Source: Gemmatimonas sp. (GTDB taxonomy: Bacteria; Gemmatimonadota; Gemmatimonadetes; Gemmatimonadales; Gemmatimonadaceae). Taken from it: DNA of 64,000 bases. Position 1 is the first letter of the stretch. Each line of letters begins with the position of its first letter. The notes beneath the pieces were generated by a model. The model was not told the DNA's origin and made no database searches. It saw only the letters and a program-made list of their open reading frames with translations. The position numbers and the translations under genes were made by a program. Shown here one piece after another: positions 1 through 8,840 of this stretch. The stretch lies in NCBI GenBank assembly GCA_031414535.1, contig JANNVQ010000053.1, positions 51,997-115,996 of the forward strand, in the 5' to 3' direction.

Positions 1-44
1 TCGGCGTGCCCTTCTTCCTCTGGCGCCTGCGGAGGATGCGATGA
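1..44 (+). CDS. 3' end of a FecCD/BtuC-family ABC permease (partial)
   Basis: Frame from 3 reads GVPFFLWRLRRMR*, resembling the G-x-P-F-F C-terminus of FecCD permeases. The stop overlaps the ATPase start (ATGA, 41-44). Confidence 0.7.
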   Translation, partial: GVPFFLWRLRRMR

Positions 45-829
45 TTCGCTTTGAGGACGTGGTACTCCGATATCCGCACGCGCCGGCGCCAGCGGTGAAC
101 GGCATCTCGCTTGAGAGCGCGCCGGGCAAGATCACCGCAGTCGTCGGACCAAATGGGAGCGGCAAGAGCACGCTCGTTCGCGCTCTGCTTGGTCGTATCC
201 CTTTGGAGCGCGGGCGCATTACGTGGCAGGGCGCATCGCTCGAAAAGGCGGATCGTCGCCATCTCGCCACGGAATTAGCGGTCGTGCCTCAGCGAGAAGA
301 GCCTGCCTTCCCGCTGCGCGTGCGCGATTACATCGCGCTAGGCCGGCATCCGCATGGAGGACCGTTTGCGGGCCGCAACGCTGCCGATCGCGACGCGATT
401 GCCACCGCCATCACGCGTGCCGACGTCGCCGAGTTTGCGGAACGGAACACGGACGAGCTGTCGGGTGGAGAGTGGCAGCGCGTGCGAATCGCGCGTGCCC
501 TTGCACAGGGCGCTCGGGCGCTGGTGCTCGATGAGCCCACCACGTTCTTGGACATCGCGCACGAAATGTCTGTGTTCGAACTGCTCGACGCCTTGGCTCG
601 CGAAGGGCAGGGCATCCTGCTTGTGAGTCATCAGCTCAACCTCGTGGCTCGCTTCGCGGACCACATCGTGCTTCTGCATCGTGGCCAAGTGGCTGCGGCA
701 GGCGCCCCCAGCGATGTGATGCGCGGCGAAATCCTCGAGCGTGTCTACGAGTGGCCACTCGTCGTTTCGCGTGACCCCGCCGTCGGTGCACCCGTGCTCG
801 TTCCGCTCCGCGGCCGCGGCACGCGCTAG
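41..829 (+). CDS. Iron-chelate/cobalamin ABC transporter ATP-binding protein
   Basis: Walker A GPNGSGKS, signature LSGGEWQR, Walker B LVLDEPT, H-loop SH. Confidence 0.9.
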   Translation: MIRFEDVVLRYPHAPAPAVNGISLESAPGKITAVVGPNGSGKSTLVRALLGRIPLERGRITWQGASLEKADRRHLATELAVVPQREEPAFPLRVRDYIALGRHPHGGPFAGRNAADRDAIATAITRADVAEFAERNTDELSGGEWQRVRIARALAQGARALVLDEPTTFLDIAHEMSVFELLDALAREGQGILLVSHQLNLVARFADHIVLLHRGQVAAAGAPSDVMRGEILERVYEWPLVVSRDPAVGAPVLVPLRGRGTR

Positions 830-833
830 TCGC

Positions 834-896
834 TCGTCCTTCGTCCTTCGTCATCCGTCATCCGTCCTCTGTCCTCCGTCCTCCCTCATCACTCAC
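834..896 (+). repeat. Degenerate 7-nt tandem repeat, ~9 units, consensus YCGTCMT
   Basis: tcgtcct tcgtcct tcgtcat ccgtcat ccgtcct ctgtcct ccgtcct ccctcat cactcac, followed directly by ATG 897. Confidence 0.85.
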
Positions 897-2810
897 ATGC
901 GCAATCTCCTCGTACTCCTTTCGCTTCCGAGCCTCGTACTCGCTCAGGACACGCTTGCTCCCACAGTTATCACCGCTACGCGCCTGCCTACGCCGCTCTC
1001 GGCGCAGACGGCTACCGTCACGGTGCTCGAAGGCTCCGCGCTCCGCGCCGAAGGCATCACGCACGTCGGTGACGCGTTGCGCCGAGTGCCGGGCATTGCG
1101 ATGGCACGTTCCTCGGGCATTGGCTCCCAGCACACGGTGTTCATGCGCGGCGCGCAGGGCAATTACGTGCGGGTGCTCGTGGACGGTGTGGCCATCAACG
1201 AGCCAGGCGGTACACTCGACTTGGGCCGTCTCACGCTCGACGACGTAGAACGCATCGAAGTCGTGCGTGGCCCCGCCAGCGTCCTGTACGGGTCAGAGGC
1301 CGTGGCCGGCGTGATCCAAATCATCACCCGAAGTGGCGGTGCGCGCCGCGTGAGTGCGGAGCTTGGCGGTGGTTCATTCGGCACCGTGCGCGGGTCGCTC
1401 GGCGCGAGCGGTACGCTCGGCAATCTCGGCTGGTCGCTGCAGGGTGACCGGCATGCCATGGATGGCGTGCTGGCCTTTAACAATGCGTATCGCAACGACG
1501 GCATCAGTGCCGCCCTGCGCTTCGCACCTGACGACCGCACGGACCTGAAGCTCACCACCCGCTACAACAGCTCGATGTACGAGTATCCCACTGGCTCCTC
1601 GGGTACTCTCGTTGATCGTAACGCCGAGCGCACGGAGCATCGGGTGTTGGCCGGCCTTGAGGCTGGCCGTCGCTGGACCTCGCGCATTGAGACGCGCGCG
1701 CAGTATACCTGGATGGATCTCCTGCCACGCACCAACGATGGTTCGGACACGCCCGGCGACACGCTTGGCTTCTACGGCTACTTCGCGCGCGGCGCGGTGA
1801 AGCGTCGCATGGCGGACGCACGTACCATCATTCGCCTCGCCGATGCGCAGTTCGTCACGCTCGGCGCGGAGTGGGCGCGCGATCAAGAACGCACCTCATC
1901 GGTGAGCCAGAGTCAGTTCGGCGATTTCCCCGATGAACTTCGCGCAGCGCGCGAGAATCGCTCCTTGTACGCACAGGGGCAGGGTGAGGCTGGTCGCTTC
2001 AGCTACACAGCCGGTGCACGGCTCGACGAGAACTCTGCATTCGGCAGTTTCCGCACCGCCCGGGTCGGCGCCGGTTGGCGCGTGAACCCAGCGCTGCGTA
2101 TCCGCAGCTCAGCCGGCACCGCATTTAAGGCGCCGAACTTCTTTGAGAACTTTGCCGGCGGCTTCACGGTCGGCAACCCGGATTTGAAGCCCGAGGAGTC
2201 GCGCTCGGCGGATCTGGGCTTGGAGGTCACGCTCGGCGCTGGTGCCAGCCTCTCCGTCACCGGGTTCGCGCAGGAGTTCACGAATCTCATTCAGTACAAT
2301 GGCAGTGTCCCGCCAGGCGATCCGAACTACGAGAACATCGTCGCAGCAAATGCAGGCGGCGTGGAGTTCTCCGCCACCCTGCCGCGCGTTGGCGGCGTGG
2401 AGTCCGTCTTCGGTCACACATGGACGCGCACTAGGGTGGAACAAGCGGGCTTCGATAACACACCCAGCGCAACGTTTGTCGCGGGAGGCCGCCTGCTGCG
2501 CCGACCCACGCACCTGACCACACTCCAACTGCGCCGCGCGGTTGAGGGACTCGGTCAGTTCTCGGCGCTCGTTGTTCGCACTGGCGAGCGGGAAGATCGC
2601 GACTTCTCGACCTTCCCAGCCGGTGTCGTGACGCTCGGTGGCTTCACCACCATCGATCTCTCGGCGGAGCTCCAACTCCCCTCTGCGCTCGGGACCGCTG
2701 CGCGGCTTATTCTGCGCGCCGACAACGTGACGGATGTGCAGTTCACACAGATCTCGGGCTTCCAGAGCCCAGGTCGCATCATTTACGCGGGACTTAGATT
2801 GCAACGGTGA
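897..2810 (+). CDS. TonB-dependent outer-membrane receptor, BtuB-like
   Basis: Start moved to ATG 897 (signal peptide MRNLLVLLSLPSLVLA). TonB-box-like TVITATR, plug motif VERIEVVRGPASVLYGSEAVAGVIQIIT, NPDLKPE motif, C-terminal beta strand. Cobalamin specificity is inferred only. Confidence 0.85.
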   Translation: MRNLLVLLSLPSLVLAQDTLAPTVITATRLPTPLSAQTATVTVLEGSALRAEGITHVGDALRRVPGIAMARSSGIGSQHTVFMRGAQGNYVRVLVDGVAINEPGGTLDLGRLTLDDVERIEVVRGPASVLYGSEAVAGVIQIITRSGGARRVSAELGGGSFGTVRGSLGASGTLGNLGWSLQGDRHAMDGVLAFNNAYRNDGISAALRFAPDDRTDLKLTTRYNSSMYEYPTGSSGTLVDRNAERTEHRVLAGLEAGRRWTSRIETRAQYTWMDLLPRTNDGSDTPGDTLGFYGYFARGAVKRRMADARTIIRLADAQFVTLGAEWARDQERTSSVSQSQFGDFPDELRAARENRSLYAQGQGEAGRFSYTAGARLDENSAFGSFRTARVGAGWRVNPALRIRSSAGTAFKAPNFFENFAGGFTVGNPDLKPEESRSADLGLEVTLGAGASLSVTGFAQEFTNLIQYNGSVPPGDPNYENIVAANAGGVEFSATLPRVGGVESVFGHTWTRTRVEQAGFDNTPSATFVAGGRLLRRPTHLTTLQLRRAVEGLGQFSALVVRTGEREDRDFSTFPAGVVTLGGFTTIDLSAELQLPSALGTAARLILRADNVTDVQFTQISGFQSPGRIIYAGLRLQR

Positions 2811-3550
2811 TCGAGACCGCCGCCATCGTCCTGCATAGCTTCGACTACCGGGAGACGAGCCGCATTGTGCGGCTCGCCACCCGAGAGTCCGGAGTGGTCT
2901 CGGCGATCGCGCGCGGCTCGCGGCGCCCCAAGAGCCGTTTTGGGCAGGGGCTAGACCTTTTCACCAGCGGTACGGCCCAGCTCATTATGCATCCGAGCCG
3001 GGACCTGCACACCTTGGCTGGCTTCGACGCGTCCCGCTCGCGGCCAGCCTTGGCGGAATCTCTTGAGCGATTCGGCGCGGCGGCCGCGCTCTCGGAACTT
3101 TGTCTGCGCTTTGGTACGGAGGCGACCGCCGGAGTCCATGACGCGCTCAGTGACGGCCTCGAACGTCTTGCCGTGAGCGCCGATCATGAAGTCGCCGCCG
3201 CTACCCTCGCCACCGGCTGGCGCATTGTGGCCGAGTTAGGCTTCGCGCCCTCATTGGATGCGTGCGCCTTCTGTCATCGCGAGATTGCGCCCGATGAGGA
3301 CACGCGATTCGCGAATCGCGCCGGTGGCGCCATTTGCTCCAGTTGTCGCAGTCTCGCACCGGCGGCCCGAACCCTGCCCGCGGCCCCACGCAACACGCTA
3401 CTCGGCTGGCTCGCCGGCCAGGAGATTCCCCTATCGGATCTCCCCACGGCCAGGGCACATCAACGCCTGCTTCGCGAGTTCCTAGAGGAGCATTTGAGCG
3501 ACGGGCGTCCCTTCAAGGCATTCCAGAGTTGGGAACGGCAGAGCGCCTAG
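2807..3550 (+). CDS. recO: DNA repair protein RecO
   Basis: N-terminal OB-fold pattern (AIVLHSFDYRETSRIV...ARGSRRPKSRF), Zn finger CAFC...CSSC, GTGA overlap with the receptor stop. Confidence 0.9.
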   Translation: MIETAAIVLHSFDYRETSRIVRLATRESGVVSAIARGSRRPKSRFGQGLDLFTSGTAQLIMHPSRDLHTLAGFDASRSRPALAESLERFGAAAALSELCLRFGTEATAGVHDALSDGLERLAVSADHEVAAATLATGWRIVAELGFAPSLDACAFCHREIAPDEDTRFANRAGGAICSSCRSLAPAARTLPAAPRNTLLGWLAGQEIPLSDLPTARAHQRLLREFLEEHLSDGRPFKAFQSWERQSA

Positions 3551-3582
3551 CGGTGGAGTCTGCCGAAACGGCGTAGCTTTAA

Positions 3583-3598
3583 CGGCGTAGGGATTGCA
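3583..3598 (+). promoter_or_regulatory. Putative sigma54 (-24/-12) promoter of clpB
   Basis: CGGCGT-AGGGA-TTGCA has exact GG-N10-GC spacing (consensus TGGCAC-N5-TTGCW). Confidence 0.55.
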
Positions 3599-3622
3599 CA
3601 AGCATGAAGTACTGCCTGTGCT

Positions 3623-3657
3623 GTTCCTTCCGTCCTCCGTCTTCCGTCCCAAGTCCT
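3623..3657 (+). repeat. Degenerate 7-nt tandem repeat in the clpB leader
   Basis: gttcctt ccgtcct ccgtctt ccgtccc aagtcct, followed directly by GTG 3658. Confidence 0.7.
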
Positions 3658-6240
3658 GTGCTAAACCCCGACCGCCTCACTGTCAAATCAAGCGAAGCCA
3701 TCACCGACGCGGTCACCATCGCGCGTTTGGCCGGCAACCCGCTTGTGCACGACACGCACCTCTTGCTCGCGTTGCTGCGGCAAGACGAGGGCATCGTTGT
3801 CCCCATCTTACAGAAGCTCGGCGTCGCGATTCCCGCACTCACGCAGTCAATTGAGCGCGAGACCGCACGCTATCCTAAGCAGAGCGACGCGCAGCCCTCG
3901 TTGGCGCGCGAAGTCAGCGCCGTGCTCGACGCCGCTGAGGCCGAGGCCAAGAAGCTCGGCGACGAATACATCTCCATCGAGCACCTGCTATTGGGTCTCA
4001 TGTCTGCCAAGGGCTCCGATAGCGCCAACTTGCTTAAGGCTCAGCGTGTCTCGCTTGATGGCCTGAAGGACGCGTTAGCGTCCGTGCGTGGTACCCACCG
4101 CGTCACCGACCAGACGCCGGAGAATCAGTACCAGGCGCTGCAGAAATTCACCCGCGACCTCACCGAGGATGCCCGGAAGGGCAAGCTCGATCCCGTGATT
4201 GGACGTGACGAGGAAGTGCGCCGCGTGATGCAAGTATTGTCGCGCCGCACCAAGAATAACCCCGTCCTCATCGGTGAGCCCGGTGTGGGCAAGACCGCTA
4301 TTGCCGAAGGGCTCGCGCAGCGCATCGTCAACGGCGATGTGCCAGAGTCGTTGCGCAACAAGCGCCTCATCTCATTGGACCTCGGCGCATTGATTGCCGG
4401 TGCCAAGTTCCGAGGGGAGTTCGAGGAGCGATTGAAGGCAGTCCTCAAGGAGATTGTGTCGAGCGAAGGTAAATTCGTCGTGTTCATTGACGAGTTGCAC
4501 ACCTTGGTTGGGGCAGGCAAGGCCGAGGGCTCGATGGACGCTGGCAACATGCTCAAGCCCATGCTTGCGCGTGGTGAACTTCGCGTGGTTGGCGCCACAA
4601 CGCTGGATGAGTACCGCAAGCACGTGGAGAAGGATCCGGCCCTTGAGCGTCGCTTTCAGCCTGTGTTCGTGGGCGAGCCGACCGTGGAGAACACCATCGC
4701 GATCCTGCGCGGCCTGAAGGAACGCTACGAGTCGCACCACGGCGTGCGCATCACCGACGGAGCCGTCGTTGCCGCAGCGACGCTGTCCAATCGCTACATC
4801 GGCGATCGGTTTTTGCCGGACAAGGCCATCGACCTCATGGACGAGGCCGCGTCACGCATGCGTATCGAGATAGACTCGCTGCCGCAGGAGATTGACGAGG
4901 TTGATCGCAAGGTTGTGCAGCTCGAGATTGAACGTCAGGCCCTGTCTAAGGAAAAGGATGCCGCGTCCGTAGAGCGTCGCGCTGCCATTGAACATCAACT
5001 CGCCGAGCTCAAGGAGCAGGGCGCGGGGATGAAGGCGCAATGGCAGCTCGAGAAGGACGCGCTCAGCGAAGTGGGCACGCTCAAGACCAAGATTGAAGAA
5101 CAGCGCACGCTCGTGGAAAAGGCCACGCGCGAGGGCGACTTGCAGAAGGCCGCCGAGATTCAGTACGGCAGCGTGCCCAAGCTTGAGCAGGAACTGAAGG
5201 CCGTCGAAGCGCGGCTCGCCGAACACGCGGGCACGGCGCGCTACCTCAAGGAGGAGGTCACTGCCGACGACATCGCCGAAATCGTGGCGCGGTGGACGGG
5301 GATCCCCGTCACGCGCATGCTCGAAGGCGAGCGTGAGCGCTTAGCGCGCCTCGATAAGGAACTCGCGAAGCGCGTGGTGGGACAAGTCGAGGCCGTAGAG
5401 GCGGTGGCCAATGCGGTGCGCCGTTCGCGCGCCGGACTGCAGGATCCCAATCGTCCCATTGGTTCTTTCATCTTTCTCGGCCCTACGGGCGTGGGCAAGA
5501 CCGAGACCGCGCGCGCGCTCGCCGAGTTCCTGTTTGATGACGAGCAGGCGATGGTGCGCATTGACATGTCGGAGTACATGGAGAAGCACGCCGTCTCGCG
5601 GCTCATCGGCGCGCCTCCAGGCTACGTCGGCTACGACGAGGGCGGCCAGCTCACCGAGGCCGTGCGGCGGCGCCCGTACTCGGTTGTACTCTTTGACGAG
5701 ATTGAAAAGGCGCATCCGGACGTGTTCAACATCCTGCTGCAGATTCTCGATGACGGGCGCCTCACCGACTCGCAGGGGCGCACGGTGGACTTCCGCAACG
5801 TCGTCATCATTATGACGAGCAACGTGGGGTCGAGCTGGATTCTCGAACACGCGGGCAGCGACTGGGCGCTCGTGGAGACACAGGTGACGAGCGCCTTGCG
5901 CAGCCAGTTCAAGCCGGAGTTTCTCAACCGTGTGGACGACATCGTCATCTTCCGGCCGCTCGGGCAGGAACAGATCACGCATATCGTTGGCCTGCAGCTG
6001 AAGCGCCTCGACCAACTCCTTGCGGACCGGAAGATCACGCTCACGCTTAGCGATGCAGCGCAGGCCTTGCTGGCCACCGAGGGCTACGAGCCCGCATTCG
6101 GCGCACGGCCACTCAAGCGTGCCATCCAACGCATGTTGCAGAATCCACTCGCGATTGCCTTGCTCGAGGGCAAGTTCAAGGACGGCGATGCAATCGTGGC
6201 GAGTGTCGAAGGCGATCACATCGTGTTCGCCACCGCGTGA
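3658..6240 (+). CDS. clpB: ATP-dependent chaperone ClpB
   Basis: Start moved to GTG 3658 (MLNPDRLT...). Two AAA+ modules ([16 protein letters not shown]), long coiled-coil M domain, [15 protein letters not shown] pore loop. Confidence 0.97.
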   Translation: MLNPDRLTVKSSEAITDAVTIARLAGNPLVHDTHLLLALLRQDEGIVVPILQKLGVAIPALTQSIERETARYPKQSDAQPSLAREVSAVLDAAEAEAKKLGDEYISIEHLLLGLMSAKGSDSANLLKAQRVSLDGLKDALASVRGTHRVTDQTPENQYQALQKFTRDLTEDARKGKLDPVIGRDEEVRRVMQVLSRRTKNNPVLIGEPGVGKTAIAEGLAQRIVNGDVPESLRNKRLISLDLGALIAGAKFRGEFEERLKAVLKEIVSSEGKFVVFIDELHTLVGAGKAEGSMDAGNMLKPMLARGELRVVGATTLDEYRKHVEKDPALERRFQPVFVGEPTVENTIAILRGLKERYESHHGVRITDGAVVAAATLSNRYIGDRFLPDKAIDLMDEAASRMRIEIDSLPQEIDEVDRKVVQLEIERQALSKEKDAASVERRAAIEHQLAELKEQGAGMKAQWQLEKDALSEVGTLKTKIEEQRTLVEKATREGDLQKAAEIQYGSVPKLEQELKAVEARLAEHAGTARYLKEEVTADDIAEIVARWTGIPVTRMLEGERERLARLDKELAKRVVGQVEAVEAVANAVRRSRAGLQDPNRPIGSFIFLGPTGVGKTETARALAEFLFDDEQAMVRIDMSEYMEKHAVSRLIGAPPGYVGYDEGGQLTEAVRRRPYSVVLFDEIEKAHPDVFNILLQILDDGRLTDSQGRTVDFRNVVIIMTSNVGSSWILEHAGSDWALVETQVTSALRSQFKPEFLNRVDDIVIFRPLGQEQITHIVGLQLKRLDQLLADRKITLTLSDAAQALLATEGYEPAFGARPLKRAIQRMLQNPLAIALLEGKFKDGDAIVASVEGDHIVFATA

Positions 6241-6358
6241 GTCGAGCCCGCGTAACGCTCGTCGCCGGACGCGTCCTCGCGCTCGCGTGCTCGGGATCAG
6301 GTGGCAGAAAAGTGGATACCATCCAACGTGTACGCCACCTCCTGTGGAGCTTGCCAGC

Positions 6359-6844
6359 ATGAGATCTGGTCCCGTCACATTCGCCACGCGTGCCGAAGAA
6401 GATGCGTTCTGGATGCGCGAGGCGCTCTCCGAAGCCGCGAAGGCGGCCAAGGCTGGCGAGGTCCCCGTGGGCGCGGTGCTTGTGCACAACGGGCAAGTGA
6501 TGGCGCGCGCGGGGAACGCGATGATTGCGGCGAAGGACGCCACCCAGCACGCCGAAATGCGTGCGCTGAAAGCCGCGGCCTACGCCATCGGCGACACGCG
6601 ACTGACGACTGCCACGCTGTATGTGACCCTCGAGCCCTGCGCCATGTGTGCCGGCGCAATCGTCCACACGAGACTCGCGCGCGTGGTGTTCGGGGCGTGG
6701 GACGAAAAGGCTGGGATGGTCGGATCTATCTATGACCTGCTCCGGCACCCGCGGCTGAATCACCGGCCCGAGGTCCAGGCCGGGGTGATGGAATCAGAAT
6801 GCGCCGCTTTGCTGACTCAGTTCTTCCAGGCCAAGCGCGGCTGA
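6359..6844 (+). CDS. tadA: tRNA-specific adenosine deaminase
   Basis: GEVPVGAV, HAE, LEPCAMC, FF near the C-terminus; GGAG SD at 6346-6349 precedes ATG 6359. Confidence 0.88.
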   Translation: MRSGPVTFATRAEEDAFWMREALSEAAKAAKAGEVPVGAVLVHNGQVMARAGNAMIAAKDATQHAEMRALKAAAYAIGDTRLTTATLYVTLEPCAMCAGAIVHTRLARVVFGAWDEKAGMVGSIYDLLRHPRLNHRPEVQAGVMESECAALLTQFFQAKRG

Positions 6845-6867
6845 ACCGCGGCTGAACCGCGGCTGAC
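6836..6867 (+). repeat. 11-bp tandem repeat x3 spanning the tadA stop
   Basis: cgcggctgaac cgcggctgaac cgcggctgac. Confidence 0.85.
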
Positions 6868-6887
6868 GCGACGATGACGCGAACACC

Positions 6888-7610
6888 CTAGCGGCAGCGC
6901 GCCGCGAGCAAGCTCGAGCGCACGGCCGCCGCGCTCGCAAGGCGAGCCGTTGGAGCTGGCGCACGGAAGATCGCGAGGTATGCCCCGTCCGCTAACGCGT
7001 CGCGGCGCACAAAGCGGTAGCCCATCGCCTCGAACTCGCAACGCAGCAAGCGCGGTGGCGTGCCGTGCCCGTCAGTCGGTGCGTCCACGTCAAGCACGCC
7101 CACGAGTCCGTCCGATTTAAGCGCGCTCGCTAAGTGATACAGCACGCCAAACGGCTGCTCAATCTCGTGATACATGTGAATCATCAAGGCCACGTCCACG
7201 CGAGCATCGGGCAGCGTCGGATCATGTGGCGCACCTTCAATCACTTGCACGTTCCTCCAGCCCGCGTCCGACACTCGGCGGCGTAGCATCGCCAGATACC
7301 GCGGCTCGATGTCCACCGCGAGAACACGGCCGCTGTCTCCCAAGACCGGCGAGAGTTTCGCGACGTAGTAGCCGTCGCCGGCACCGATGTCCGCTACCGT
7401 CTGCCCGCGGCGGATGCGCAGCGCGCGAATCACGGCCTCGGTCTCACCAAAGGCATCGCGGCGGTCCTCAGCGATCCACCGCGGCGCGACGATGCTCGAA
7501 ATGGGACGCGACGGGGCAGGGAAGCTATCCGCGGGGAGCTTGCGCTGGCCGCTGGCCACCGCAGGCAGCAGCCAACAGAGGGCCGCAAGACGGGTCAGGT
7601 AGGTAGTCAC
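6888..7610 (-). CDS. Class I SAM-dependent methyltransferase with predicted signal peptide
   Basis: Motif I VADIGAGDG, motif II AVDIE, MYHE. Probable GTG start at 7610 gives MTTYLTRLAALCWLLPAVASG. Confidence 0.85.
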   Translation of the reverse strand: MTTYLTRLAALCWLLPAVASGQRKLPADSFPAPSRPISSIVAPRWIAEDRRDAFGETEAVIRALRIRRGQTVADIGAGDGYYVAKLSPVLGDSGRVLAVDIEPRYLAMLRRRVSDAGWRNVQVIEGAPHDPTLPDARVDVALMIHMYHEIEQPFGVLYHLASALKSDGLVGVLDVDAPTDGHGTPPRLLRCEFEAMGYRFVRRDALADGAYLAIFRAPAPTARLASAAAVRSSLLAARCR

Positions 7611-7666
7611 GAGAGTGAAGCGCCTGAAAAAGCCCACGGGTTCCCACTGCAATTCCCACACGCCCG

Positions 7667-7695
7667 TTGAACCCCGTCCCGCACCAGACTAACTT
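7667..7695 (+). promoter_or_regulatory. sigma70-type promoter of the tRNA-Ser pair
   Basis: TTGAAC-N17-TAACTT. Confidence 0.6.
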
Positions 7696-7707
7696 CCGCA
7701 GTCTGTT

Positions 7708-7794
7708 GGACAGGTGGCCGAGTGGTTGAAGGCACCGGTCTCGAAAACCGGCGTACCGGCAACGGTATCGAGAGTTCGAATCTCTCCCTGTCCG
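7708..7794 (+). tRNA. tRNA-Ser(CGA)
   Basis: Cloverleaf with anticodon arm ccggt-ctCGAaa-accgg, long variable arm, GTTCGAATC T-loop; no encoded CCA. Confidence 0.97.
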
Positions 7795-7886
7795 TGTTCC
7801 ATCAGACGCGCTGGAGCTCCCGGCGCGTTGTCGTTTGCGGGACCGTTTTGACCGTTATGCCCGAGCTGTTCCCGCAGTGTTCCTAG

Positions 7887-7974
7887 GGACGGGTGGCCGA
7901 GTGGTTTAAGGCGCACGCCTGGAAAGTGTGTGTACGTTAATAGCGTACCGTGGGTTCGAATCCCACCCCGTCCG
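7887..7974 (+). tRNA. tRNA-Ser(GGA)
   Basis: Anticodon arm cacgc-ctGGAaa-gtgtg, long variable arm, GTTCGAATC; no encoded CCA. Confidence 0.97.
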
Positions 7975-7985
7975 TGACTCACCTG

Positions 7986-8030
7986 TTGCGCGGCAGTCCT
8001 CGAAAAGAGGCCTGCCGCGCAAACCTTTCT
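7986..8030 (+). terminator. Probable terminator hairpin after the tRNA-Ser genes
   Basis: ttgcgcggcag-t-cctc / gagg-c-ctgccgcgcaa stem followed by a short pyrimidine run. Confidence 0.6.
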
Positions 8031-8048
8031 GGGGTACCGAGTGTCTGA
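8021..8048 (+). promoter_or_regulatory. Putative ECF-sigma promoter of the small ORF
   Basis: AAACCT-N17-TCTGA resembles RpoE/AlgU-type GAACTT-N16/17-TCTGA. Confidence 0.4.
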
Positions 8049-8071
8049 ATCAGTGAACACAGGAGCCACCC

Positions 8072-8242
8072 ATGGAAACCACAGTGAAGCGCACAACAGA
8101 AGCACGCATCGAACTCTTTGACGCCAACGGCCGTCTGATCGGCACCATCACCCGTCCCTTGGAGCCAGAAGTCCTAGGCCGCGGCCGTGAAAAGGTGTAT
8201 CTCGCCCGCCGCGTCCCAAATCAGGCCTCGCAAGCGGCATAA
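8072..8242 (+). CDS. Small hypothetical protein, 56 aa (not in the supplied ORF track)
   Basis: AGGAG at 8061-8065, ATG 8072, TAA 8240-8242. Sequence METTVKRTTEARIELFDANGRLIGTITRPLEPEVLGRGREKVYLARRVPNQASQAA. Fills the otherwise empty tRNA-pyrR gap. Confidence 0.75.
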   Translation: METTVKRTTEARIELFDANGRLIGTITRPLEPEVLGRGREKVYLARRVPNQASQAA

Positions 8243-8294
8243 ATCGTCAGAGGCCGCTCCCGCCAACAGGTGAGCGCGGCCATATTTCAGGGCA

Positions 8295-8840
8295 ATGTCA
8301 TCTGCCCCCGTCGTCCTTCTGAATGCGCGCGCCGTCGCGCGGACGATTTCGCGCATGGCCGACGAGATTCTCGAGCGCAATGATGGCCACGAGCGCCTCA
8401 TGCTCGTCGGCATTCAGCGCCGCGGCGTGCAAATCGCCGAACGCCTTGCCCAGGTCATCAAGGAACGTGAGGGCGCCACGGTCCCGCTCGGCGCGCTCGA
8501 CATCACGCTCTATCGCGATGACCTGCAGACCGTCGGCCCGCGCCCAGTCGTCGGTCAAACGCATCTGCCCATGGCCCTCGAAGGCCAAGTCGTCGTCATT
8601 GTAGACGACGTGCTCTTCACTGGCCGCACCATTCGTGCGGCACTCGATGAACTCGCGGACTTCGGTCGCCCAGCGCGCATCATGCTGGCCGTGCTCGTGG
8701 ACCGCGGGGGACGCGAACTGCCGATTCACGCAGACGTGGTGGGCCACACCGTCACCGTACAACCGGGCGGACGCGTGGACGTCTTCGTACCGCAACTCGA
8801 TGACCGCGACGAAGTGACCATGGTGGGAGGCGGCACGTGA
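8295..8840 (+). CDS. pyrR: Bifunctional pyr regulator / uracil phosphoribosyltransferase
   Basis: [13 protein letters not shown] motif [19 protein letters not shown]. Confidence 0.95.
   Translation: MSSAPVVLLNARAVARTISRMADEILERNDGHERLMLVGIQRRGVQIAERLAQVIKEREGATVPLGALDITLYRDDLQTVGPRPVVGQTHLPMALEGQVVVIVDDVLFTGRTIRAALDELADFGRPARIMLAVLVDRGGRELPIHADVVGHTVTVQPGGRVDVFVPQLDDRDEVTMVGGGT

Noticed and set aside
741..896. Upstream extensions of ORF-track calls (TonB receptor, clpB, tadA, moxR, murA, groES, nusA, truB, rdgB and others)
   Set aside because: They run through repeats, promoters or neighbouring genes; family N-termini, SDs and stop overlaps indicate later starts.
6241..6358. SRP RNA (ffs), often found near tadA and tRNA-Ser
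   Set aside because: The conserved TCAGGTCCGGAAGGAAGCAGC core is absent; only 'tcaggt' matches.
7708..8070. tRNA-Ser genes as an integration site for an island
   Set aside because: No integrase, no duplicated tRNA 3' end seen, and no compositional shift.
7689..8105. 138-aa minus-strand ORF, and the ORFs at 62904-63550
   Set aside because: They are antisense to, or overlap, tRNA genes; translation artefacts.
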